From Eledone cirrhosa (taxonomy: Eukaryota), in the NCBI GenBank assembly GCA_964016885.1, contig OZ024743.1:105276001-105340000 (forward strand): 64,000 nt of DNA, given 5' to 3'. Under the pieces are notes generated by a model that searched no databases, was not told the origin of the DNA, and saw only the letters and a list, made by a program, of their open reading frames with translations. Below are positions 53,750-64,000 of the stretch, in pieces. The translations under genes and the position numbers were made by a program. Within the stretch, counting starts at the first letter, position 1. Each line of letters starts with the position of its first letter.

Positions 53750-53975
53750 TAATATTGGTTTCTGATTTAGAAAAAATGCCAATAATTTTGGGGGAGGGGA
53801 AAGTCAATTAAATCGAATCCAGTACATGACTACTACTTTATTTTATCGACCCCGTAAGGACGAAAGGCAAAGTTAACCTCGACAGGATTTTGAACTGAGT
53901 TACGAAAGGGGCATAACCGTATGCCATAAAACATGATGTCCGACGTTTGTCCGATACTGCCAATCCACCGCCCTT
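53750..53975 (-). mobile_element. Octopod-type SINE, subtype A
   Basis: Reverse complement of the 6079 family. Confidence 0.85.
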
Positions 53976-54440
53976 AATAACTGTCTGAAAATTAAAGATG
54001 GATTTTATAATAGTTGCTCTCATGCCAAAAATAGTTTATCCTTGTGTATAGGCTACAAAACATGGATAACACATAGTATCGTGTATACTAAACATTTACA
54101 ATACTTATACATAGGACAACTAGATCATATATGCAAGCTCAAAAAACCAAAACAAGCCAAAAAAAGAAAGAAAAAAAGAAAACAACAACAAAAATAATTC
54201 TTCACAAATATGAAACGTTCCGAATGTAATACTTTCATACATATCGAAATACACGCAAAAAAACCCCCGCAAACTCAAAACCCCGCAAACACCATGTTTA
54301 CCAGGATTCATACACATACACAACAATATCCTACTTACCTATAAGTTTAATAAAAATACAGCAACATATACATAAGCACATATTACATTCTAAGAATTTC
54401 TTTTCATCAACACATATTTAAATATACTATTACCTGCAAA

Positions 54441-54560
54441 TAGGCGGTCGATTTAACCGTTGGAAATTTATTCCGGGTCTCTATGTTCTGAGTTCCAATC
54501 CTACCACGTTATACTTTTCCTTTCACCTTTCGGGGTCAGCGATAAACGTATCAATTCAAT
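54441..54560 (+). mobile_element. Decayed SINE
   Basis: GTTCTGAGTTCCAATCC..CCTTTCACCTTTCGGGGTC. Confidence 0.55.
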
Positions 54561-55490
54561 GCTGGTGCAGGCCTCTCTCCTTCTGGTTGTCACTTTCCGG
54601 ATATGCCACTTGATCAAGGGAGTGAGGTTCAAGGGAGTAATGTTCAATTTCTGTGTTAGCTTTCGACTACATGGACACCTTATATAAAGCGTAGTACGTA
54701 CAACTAAGTCATACGCGATGCTAATGATGACTGTGATCTTTTGCCCTGAAAATATTTCGTCTGTCTGTATTGGATATTCTATCAAAGGGAATTATTGCGT
54801 CGTAAAGTATGACATTTGTAAAAAAAAACCCAAAGTTTGTTAATGCCTCACTACAAATTTCATGCTTGACGACCCAATAACTCAACAACCTATACAGCCG
54901 GACATATTGGATAATGTAGTCATTTGTGGTGATTATTTCCACAATATATTTGATCATTAGTTTCCTATATAAACAACATCAAGAAAATATGCGGTAACCA
55001 ACAATTGATAATCGACATCGTTACATAACCTGCTAGAAATAACAGCCAAATATCACTAAAATCCCACGCCATTCTCTTTTATAAAGAGAAAAAAGCACAT
55101 TAATTAGACATTAATGTACTTCAAGATTTGACTACTCATGAAAAGAGGAGAATGGGTTTGTCAGTACTGGAATGTGTTTGATGATAGGTCTGCTTGAACA
55201 GGAGCGACATGTGGTTAAAAAAACAACAAAACAAACACATTTTCTTAAATTTATAGAGAAAAATCCTTTCGACATCATAATTTTTCGATATTGGCCTCCT
55301 GTCTAACAATCTATATTTTATACAATAACGATTATCACGTGGTTTCTTCATGGATTTAGATTTTAGCTTTATCTTTTAACCCGAACCAAATGATTGACAC
55401 AAAAAGCCACCAGAAAATGACAGGAACCAATAATGACCCATATATAAAGGTAAACGTTACACACATACACAAACACAAACACAAACACAA

Positions 55491-55532
<42 letters not shown>

Positions 55533-55629
55533 GTGTGTATGAGTGCTTGGGAGCGTTTGGTTTGTGTTTGTGTGTGTGTGTACCCACACACGTACACACA
55601 AACACACACACACACACACATACACACAC

Positions 55630-55669
<40 letters not shown>

Positions 55670-55759
55670 ATGAATGCTTGTGAGCGCTTGGTTTGTGTTT
55701 GTGTGTGTGTGCCTGTGTGTTTGTGTGTACGTGTGTGGGTGAGTATGTTTACTGCTAAA

Positions 55760-56048
55760 CAACTAAATATTCTGGAAGCAAGATTTCTGATTCAGGCTGT
55801 CAACGCTAACTTATCAAGCGTGACAAATTTTTACACACGGCCCAAAAGTGAATCACCTTTTTGCCCTCTCTATGTTGGAAGAATGTTGCGCTTCAACATT
55901 TCCTCAGTAGCTGCCAAATAGCAGGCGGCAGTACCTCTATCACCTTAACCATTTCCTCCAGAATTTCTCCTAGGCAGATATTGCAGCCATTTAATACAGT
56001 AGATACGATCCCAAAACGAAAACCATTCCATTTTTTAAAGCAGGTTTG
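55760..56048 (-). pseudogene. Possible decayed LINE RT fragment
   Basis: Weak resemblance to the P..W....KG.D...C.N.R.IS region. Confidence 0.3.
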
Positions 56049-56049
56049 A

Positions 56050-56240
56050 AATAATTGTTTCTGTATTTGGCACAAGGCCAGCAATTATCTCTGTGCATTA
56101 CTGGTACTTTATTTTATCGACCCTATAAGGATGAAATCAAAGTTATCCTCGGCGGGATTTGAACTCAGACCATAAAGGGTCGTAATTCTTTGCTGCAAAG
56201 CATGGCGTCCGACCCCCTACCGTTACTGCCAATCCACCGT
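56050..56240 (-). mobile_element. Octopod-type SINE
   Basis: Reverse complement of the family consensus. Confidence 0.85.
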
Positions 56241-56605
56241 AGGTGTGAAATAATGATCTTTACCGCAATCAAAACTGTGCTTAATTTACACGGTGCCACA
56301 CTGAACTAACATTCCCTGAGCAGATCTTCAGAGAGCGCTCTACCTAGAACTGATTATCTTCTCAGGTCATATGGGAACTGGTTTGGCGTATGCAGACCAC
56401 GCGGAGGAGTTTTTCAGAAGAAGCGTTCTGAATATTAGGAAATGGTAGAGCTGGACAGAGACCGTGGTTTGTGGGTCAACTGCGAACACAATCAAATGGG
56501 CTGTCAATTTTTTGCTTAACCTCAAGCGTAATCTTCTTATTGGTTTGTAGTTCTGATTGTTGAGGTTGTTGTTGCTGGTGTTGTTGTTGTTGTTGTTGTT
56601 TTTGT

Positions 56606-56662
<57 letters not shown>

Positions 56663-57265
56663 CTTCTTCTTCTTCTTCTTCTTCTTCTTCTTCATCACGA
56701 CAACAATGTCGATAGTAATTTTTATTAACATTATCATAATCATTATTAATTATTTTTATTATTGTTGTTGCGGTTATCATTTTTGTACGCTCTGCATTCA
56801 ATTACTCCACACGCCATTCTCGCCAGTATGCGAGGCTGACATCATGTCTGCCATTTTTTATTCCGATTAGCAATGATGCAAATACACAACTGACAGCTAT
56901 TATAAGAAATATAAGGAACAAAAACAAAGCTCAACAGAACTAAATACAAAATAATGCAAAAACGAACGTAACAAAGACAGTATGTAACATCAAGTGACAT
57001 CTGGTTAGCTGATATCAATGAACACTGTAGTCTTTAGTCGAGCTAAGGTCAAACAAGCGAGGAGTTGTGAGGCACCATACAATAAATAAATAAAATTGGT
57101 TAGGTCAATATGTAACCCTCTAACAACCGTACATTGTCTTTTAGCTTTCTAGCAATTAGATAATTTTAAATATGACACACACACAAACTAACAGAGACAT
57201 ATCAGCGACATATTCACATATCCCCAAACACATTTCAACGCATACGTACACACGTTTGCGTGAGC

Positions 57266-57328
<63 letters not shown>

Positions 57329-57427
57329 TATATTTGTGGTGTCAATTACCTCCGTTGACTGGTTGAAGGAAATAAAGCGGTTTATGTTATCTACACACAC
57401 ACACACGCACCCCCCACCCACAGCATA

Positions 57428-57467
<40 letters not shown>

Positions 57468-57582
57468 GGTAAATATTGATACAATTCAATTCAAGCACTC
57501 AACGTACTTTTTCCACATAGGAGTGACGGAGTAAATATCGAATAAGGAAAAGCGAAGTAGTTTAAGATGTTCAAGTCCTTTA

Positions 57583-57765
57583 ATAATAATTGTTTCTACT
57601 TTAGGCACAAGGCCAGCAATTACCCAGTACATTACTGGTACTTTATTTCATCCACCCCGTAAGGATGAAAGGCAAAGTTAACATCGGCGGGATTTGAACT
57701 CAGACTGTAAAGGGACGTAACTATGCTAGAAAGCATGGCGTCCAACCCTCTACCGATACTGCCAA
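57583..57765 (-). mobile_element. Octopod-type SINE, subtype B, nested in the palindrome arm
   Basis: Reverse complement of 6284-6470. Confidence 0.9.
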
Positions 57766-57840
57766 ATGATGTGTTATATTTCAATGACGACACTGGCCAC
57801 ACTGTTCTGTGTGCGATTGTCGTGACATCATCAGTAACAA

Positions 57841-57914
57841 GCTGCCTGATGATGTCACGACAATCGCACACAGAACAGTGTGGTCAGTGTCGTCATTGAA
57901 ATATATATCACAGC
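57841..57914 (+). ncRNA. HHR-like motif with a long stem II
   Basis: gctgc-CTGATGA-[acgaca..cacac agaaca gtgtg..tgtcgt]-GAAA-tatat-ATC-acagc. One mismatch at the base of stem I. Confidence 0.55.
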
Positions 57915-57960
57915 ATTATTATTAAAGGACTTGAACATCTGAAACTACTTCGCTTCTCCT

Positions 57961-58095
<135 letters not shown>

Positions 58096-58149
58096 TGAAT
58101 CGTACACATGTGCACAAAAGTACAAAAGTAGCTTTATCAATTTATCGAT

Positions 58150-58510
58150 TGTATGATACAAAATATGTTCATGACCATAGGTATGTGTTGATAAGAATAC
58201 CGAATTAAAGATAGCGAGTTTGGCTTTTACAGCTACCAACTTCTTCCGATTTGCGAATGCTGAAACTGGTACATTACTGCGCCAGCTCCTGCAATTCATG
58301 CATTTAATTCAGGATCCTCCCTTACATCCCTTGTGAACACGGCCCAGAGATAATAGAACTCTTCTACTTCCTTCAATGGAACTCCATTCACATGTAGAGT
58401 GCACTGCGCAGGATTCCTGGAGAGGACGAATATCTCAGAACTGATTTCCATTTCAACCGTACAGCACGCGGCATCAAACCTATTAGGTGCATATTGGAGA
58501 TCACCTTCTT
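58150..58510 (-). pseudogene. RTE-clade LINE RT fragment
   Basis: DLQYA.NRFDAAC, LKEVEEF.YL, AKLAIFNSVFLSTHTYGHE (RTE-type ..P.LTYG.E motif). Confidence 0.75.
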
Positions 58511-58667
58511 ACGTGATCACTTTCATTTCGAAGTTCAAAACTCAAAATCACTGTCACTTTGCTACTTAGAATGACTGACAAAACAAAGACACTTTTACTA
58601 CTCTATCAAACATTAAACGAATATATTTCTTCATTGCACTGTGTTGTTAGCCTTGTTGTTTTCGTAT

Positions 58668-58712
<45 letters not shown>

Positions 58713-58807
58713 GTAGAATACTAGAAGGTAATATCCGTAGTGGTAGAACACTCAGTCCATAGAACGAGTTAGGTAGAAGTGGTTACACAACAGTTAGTTC
58801 ACCATAC

Positions 58808-58845
58808 CGAGAACAATTGTTTCACCTTAGCGGATCCTCAGCTCG
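58808..58845 (-). ncRNA. Type I minimal hammerhead ribozyme in a PLE pLTR
   Basis: Minus strand: cgag-CTGAGGA-t cc gctaa gg t-GAAA-caatt-GTT-ctcg. Confidence 0.8.
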
Positions 58846-59002
58846 TAATGGACATGGTTATACGGAACAGGAAGGACAACCGTACGAACGCGCATGCGCA
58901 GATCACTTCACACAGGCAATACTAAAATGCGTGCGAGAAATGTAAGGGAGATAACTGCGAAAGTCCGAAAAGTTGATAAGAACATTAGGATGTTGTTGTA
59001 AT

Positions 59003-59500
59003 TCAATCCGGAGCTTTGTAGTTATGTAAGAGGTGTTTCGAGACGTGTGGACAACGTGTGAAGAATTCATTCCTCGTGTTTAGGCAATCACTATTGCATA
59101 ATCTCTTTAGAATATTTATTCGTTCATCAATACATAGTCCACACGACGGATTGCCCCTTGCGTATCGCTTGGACTTAGTGATGGCTTTCGATTGAATGCA
59201 GTAGTCTATACTTGAGTCCTTGAGGGACCATACGTGGCTCGCGAGTTTCGTGGATGAACGTCTGTCCAGGTACCTAAAGGTCGACTGGTGTTTCAGGAAG
59301 CGTTCCTTAAATCGGCTCTCCGCCATATCCACATAGGATTTGACCTCCTGTGGTTGATTTGGTCGGTTGGAAGTGACCACAGCTTCATAAACTACAGCGG
59401 GTGTGTTGCATTGCTGTTGAAGGGGACAAGCTTCGGGCTTACGGCAAGAGCACGCTGGTGGGGTGTTGCTCTTAGGGCTGTTGGTGATGTTGGCCTTCAA
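59003..59500 (-). pseudogene. PLE GIY-YIG endonuclease domain with CxCx5Cx5C linker
   Basis: 165-aa frame carrying the motifs listed for the element. Confidence 0.88.
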
Positions 59501-60554
59501 GTTCTTCGCGCAGGTGTATCCTAGTTTTACTTTGTGTCGGTTAAAGATGGAGCGGTATTTATGACCTATGAGAAAGTGTCTATCTAAGACGGCTAGAAAT
59601 CTTTTTACCTACATTGGTTTTAACGTTGAGTGATAAGGGAGGAGAAAACCAAATAGTTTGTCTATTGTTACGCTTTCTTTTCTTATTGCTGTTGTTGATA
59701 GTGGGAGAGTAAGTGATAGGTTGTGAGAAGCCACTGATAGCTAACGCTGTGTTACAGTAGGGTGCTGCCCTGTCAAAGATAGCCTTATTAGAGGAGAGAT
59801 TTGAGGTTCTAGTACTGATATTATTTACGAAGTTTCTAAAAACAATGGGAGGGTGGCATGAGTCCTTGTGAATGTAATTGAGTTTTTCGTTTAGCTTATG
59901 GAAGGGTATGTAGGTGTGCGTGCGAAGGTCTAAATTAATGTCTAAGAAATCTACGCTAGAGCGGTTGGTAGCTACTGTTATCCTAAGTCCTAACTCATTG
60001 AAGGTAGAAGCTAAGTCTTTTTTAAAACCGCTCGAAGTCGTGACAACTTTTATGGCTCGATAAGGTCAGTCCATCGTCGCGGTATATTCCCGTGTGGAGG
60101 TCCGGGTATGTAACACGTAATATGTTTAAAATAAATAGGCCAACCAAGTCGCATACGTCAGCACTGTCAAACGATACCATGGAGACGTCCAATAGGTCTG
60201 AAGTTGTTGACTTCTTTGCCCAGGCTACTCCGTCGTTGAAGAGGAGGGTTTTCCGGCAGTGAGCGATGATTTCCCTGTCTAAACCATCGACGTTAGTGTA
60301 GGTGGTAGCAAAGTCAAACGCTTTGTTTAACATGGTCTCTGGGACGGGTAAAAATCAACAATGTCAAACTGTGTGAACTTCGCTTTTGGGGATTTGAAGG
60401 AGTTAAACCACTTAATTACGGAGTCGCTGTTCTCCCACTGGGACAGTTTGGACTTGGTCCTAATGGTCTTAACTATGTTTCTAAGTATGGCCTTACTGAC
60501 TAGTCCCATATCTGTGCGTGCCGGGTTTATAGGTCTACATGTGGGGTTAGAAGT

Positions 60555-60990
60555 GAAAAGGATTTCACACAGGTCAAACGGGAGGAAGTGAGAGAGGGGG
60601 AGAAACAGAGAGTTAGTGAGTGAAAGGGTGAGGAAGAGGCCAGCTGAGAGAGAGAGAGTGACTGGCTATAACTCTGGTTGGTGCGAACAATAACTGAAAA
60701 AAAAGTTATTGGGACACGTAAATTAGGGTGAAGCGAGCGAGACATATAAACAAACGGAGATGGTAATGCAACGGAAATATAGGAAGAGAAGAGACAAGTC
60801 CGTGATATCTATGAACTTAAGCTCGGTGAAATCATAGATGAGAGGTAAAGACCATCCGACCTGGGTGAGATGTGAGCGAGAAAAGAATTTCACACAGGTC
60901 AAACGGGAGGAAGTGAGAGAGGGGGAGAAGCAGAGAGTGAGTGAGTGAAAGTGTGAGGAAGAGGCTAGCTGAGAGAGCGTGACTGGCAGA
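60555..60990. repeat. ~325-bp-spaced direct repeat of a ~105-bp purine-rich unit
   Basis: ATTTCACACAGGTCAAACGGGAGGAAGTGAGAGAGGGGGAGAA at ~60562 and ~60887. Confidence 0.8.
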
Positions 60991-61160
60991 GAGGGTAACA
61001 AGAAGGTGAAAGATACAGAGAAAGGGGAAGCAGTAAGAAAGAAACAGACAGGTCGCAGCAGAAGAAAAAATATAAATATATGAAAAATGGCATGCTGCGC
61101 GGTTACACATGCGTTACATACGAATAAAATTAGTCCTTCATCAGTGATCTTCCAATCTTA

Positions 61161-61365
61161 TAGGGAAAGAGTCAGGACCCCGACGGCTGAGCTCCGGCCG
61201 TTTCGACAGCTAGATCCGAACACATTTCGTATCTAGCTGTCGAAACGGCCTGAGGTCAGCTGTCGGGATCCTGACTCTTTCCCTGTTACCCACTCTACTA
61301 CCCTACGTATTGAGTACTCTTGTATGTTATGGTACACCTGGTATCTTACCATACCCTCTTTGTTT
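61161..61365 (+). mobile_element. Fold-back insert (60-bp arms plus tail), same family as 34264-34454; contains the 3' half of an HHR
   Basis: 61161-61220 mirrors 61226-61285. GTC-GAAA-cggc..gctg-TC. Shared tail. Confidence 0.87.
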
Positions 61366-61411
61366 ATATATATATATATGTGTGGTTGTGTGTGTGTATG
61401 TGTGCATGTGT

Positions 61412-61454
<43 letters not shown>

Positions 61455-61739
61455 TGTGTGTGTGTATGTGTGTGTGAGTGTGAGTGTTTGTGTGTGTTTT
61501 AGTAGCTGAATTTTTGTTCATGAGTGATAAGTTCAATTCTACTTCATTCTATCTATTACCTTAGCTGTGCGTTGAGGAAAGACGTTTCATGCTTTGTTGA
61601 TTTCAAGCGTAACAACATTTCTCTGGGTGAAATTATCAAATATGATTTGCATACATGCAAGAATATTCCACAGGTACGTGAGTTTCTTAACGTACTTCTT
61701 AGGTAGGTTCAACATCATTCATGTGACAATGGTGACACT

Positions 61740-61892
61740 AAGAATTACAAGGAACCCTCTATTTTTGCTAGCTGAGTGGATTGGAGAAACTTTTAATAAA
61801 ATGATCTGCTTAAGGACACAACGTGCCCGTGGGGATTGAATAGACGACACTACGATCGTTATTAGAATGCTCGAACTATTAAGCTACGTACC
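61740..61892 (-). mobile_element. Decayed tRNA/CORE-type SINE
   Basis: AAGGACACAACG...GGGATTGAA remnant on the plus strand. Confidence 0.45.
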
Positions 61893-64000
61893 TAGCTATT
61901 TGCTGCAGTTCCTATGATATATAATACAATAATATAAGGAAATAATTAAATAAATCGACACGGAAGGGAATACTAAAGAGATTACTACCAACTTTAGGGT
62001 ATAGTATATATGTATGGTTCTTTGAATGTACTGAGTAATTCACCACAAACTTTATTTGCTCTCAAATTTATCAAATGAAATGCATTTCAAACTTGTCTTT
62101 AACAATTTTGCAGTAATTATACGAAAACGTTCTAACACAAAATAAAGCCCAAACAGATGCAGTGGCTATGAAAATGTAATTGTTTCTGCCGAATTTTGAC
62201 ACCTTCTGAAAGTATCTTGTTATTTCTGAATAGTAAACAATATTTGGTTGGTGCCTCGAGTGCTATATGTTACATTTCATATATATTTGAAAAGCTTTAT
62301 TCTTCACATGAAAGAAAACAAATGAAAGAAAACGGTAATATTATACAGTGTAAAAGGACTACTGTTGCTGTTTCCAGAAAACTGAAGTTATTCACTCTTA
62401 ATATACAATGTCATATTTCCAACCCAGGCTATCCTTGACTTTGAACTGGGTGATAATAATCTTTCTGTGTATGTTTAACATTTTAAGCATGTATTTAGTG
62501 ATATGAAAGTTCGGTTCAGCAACTTGCTAGAGATGAGGGTTTCAGCTTGAGTGAGGGAGAATATTCGAAGCAAATGCTCTGATATTGACAAATATTTCAG
62601 GAACGCTACAATAACTTACATATTTATGAAAGAGCTTAAGCGTGGTGCGATTCAAAATATGGCAATATGGAAAAATCGTAAATGTTTCTCGGAAATTTCC
62701 ACTTGATTAGGATTGTGTACATTTCTACATTATTGCTTTTTCCTGTTGATTTTAGCTGAGTGACTTACCGATTATAAAATCTTGAAAAAAGTGAGGTGAA
62801 ATTCATTTGTCACAAATAGAAACGAGGCAAAATATTAAAGGCTTGTGTTTTTACACCCACCATAATGGCCAATTTGAATAAAGTGATGTTCATGATTATA
62901 TTATTTTGTATTGTTTTAAGTTACTCGAAATTTGTTCATTTTTCGATACATTTCACATCACTAAATTTAATTTGCGCCAGTCATATCTTTACATAATTTT
63001 GTTTGCAATTACTCAAATGGTTGTTTTTAGATGATACAAAAATAATTATTAAACATTACAATTAGTCAAATATGAAAAAAAAAAATTAGCTTATTTCAAG
63101 TTGGTTCAAAGAGAGAATTTGTGTCTAAAACGGGTTTATCAGCAAGAACACGATGAAAAGCCCTATGCTGAGCAATTCTTCCTGCCAGGTTCGAGACAGT
63201 AATCTCTTAACGTATAAATACTGCCAATGTAAAAAAATGTAATCAGTTAAAAGCAAAATAACTCGAAACACCAGCGTTTCCTCTATCTTATATAATGTAA
63301 TAGACGTTTAGATATTCCGAATTTGTTTGGTGGTAAAACGAAAAAGAAATAAAAAAAGAAAAATGTTTTCCGTAAGGTAATCCTAGAAGAAAATATCTCT
63401 GACGCGGGGCTCTGTGAAACGTGACCGCTTATAGTGATCAACCATAATACTAAGAGCAATGATTTATTTCGACTAGACATATAACTATTTTGGTAGCAGG
63501 CATTACATTTGTTTCTCGATAAAATAAAAATACAATAGTTTTAGTTGTTGATTTATTGATCTTTGAATTTTGATGAAGTAATTATCAGTCTACCTAAATA
63601 CTATAGTTAGTTCACATGTCTGATTGTATGGGACGAACCATTGGTGACAGCTCCCATTAAATGCGTCACTTCAGCAATAATACTGATCAGAAGAAAGCTA
63701 TAGAGTTATCCATATCATTTTGCAAGAATGTGGTTAAACTAATAATTTTCTAGTGAAAAATATAAAATGGAACAAAAACAGAATCAGTCATATTTCTTTT
63801 CTCTCAGGCAATTCTTTTTCGTCTTCATTCTTCTTTTTCATTTTTAGCAATTCTCTATCCACCTCTCTCTGCCTCTCTTTCCGTCTTTCGCTCTCTCTGT
63901 TTCTCACCCTCTATCTCTATCTTCTTTCTTCTATTCCACTCTCCTGCTTTCTCTCTTTCAATCAAGAATCTTGTCAACAAGAAAAATGTCACACTCTAAT

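Larger units (their letters stand above)
58710..60545 (-). mobile_element. Penelope-like element (second family), 5'-truncated, frameshifted
   Basis: RPINPART, QFDIVDFYP, VSFDSADVCDLVG, GIYRDDGL, FLD, CSCRKPEACPLQQQC, VYEA..SY..AESRFKERF..H, CGLC..E, N.RNE..C.H. Ends in (TA)n. Confidence 0.92.

Overview
This is an AT-rich, microsatellite-dense animal genomic window. The abundant tRNA-derived SINE and the (TA)n/(CA)n/(GA)n/(TATC)n landscape point to an octopod cephalopod (inference). No host protein-coding gene could be recognised. The window is a mosaic of mobile elements: Tx1/L1-clade LINEs (one with an intact 1139-aa APE-RT-Zn ORF2 at 503-3922, one decayed near-full-length copy, and fragments); three Penelope-like elements (RT plus C-terminal GIY-YIG), one forming a ~4.5-kb inverted structure; a complete-ended but internally deleted Helitron; a mariner relic; RTE fragments; and more than 12 SINEs. 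Two signals stand out. (1) Both Tx1 subfamilies have a consensus 5' splice site overlapping the ORF1 stop codon, then a pyrimidine tract and an in-frame AG. Splicing there would fuse ORF1 to ORF2, and a 5'-UTR donor could instead give an ORF2-only mRNA. (2) There is a dense set of type I hammerhead ribozyme (HHR) motifs from many unrelated families, including U4A and U3-A8 core variants and a 429-nt head-to-tail HHR dimer. Most lie in asymmetric fold-back inserts within (TA)n tracts, and several breakpoints fall on the ribozyme's cleavage site or stem II. All calls were made by eye, and element boundaries are approximate unless stated otherwise.
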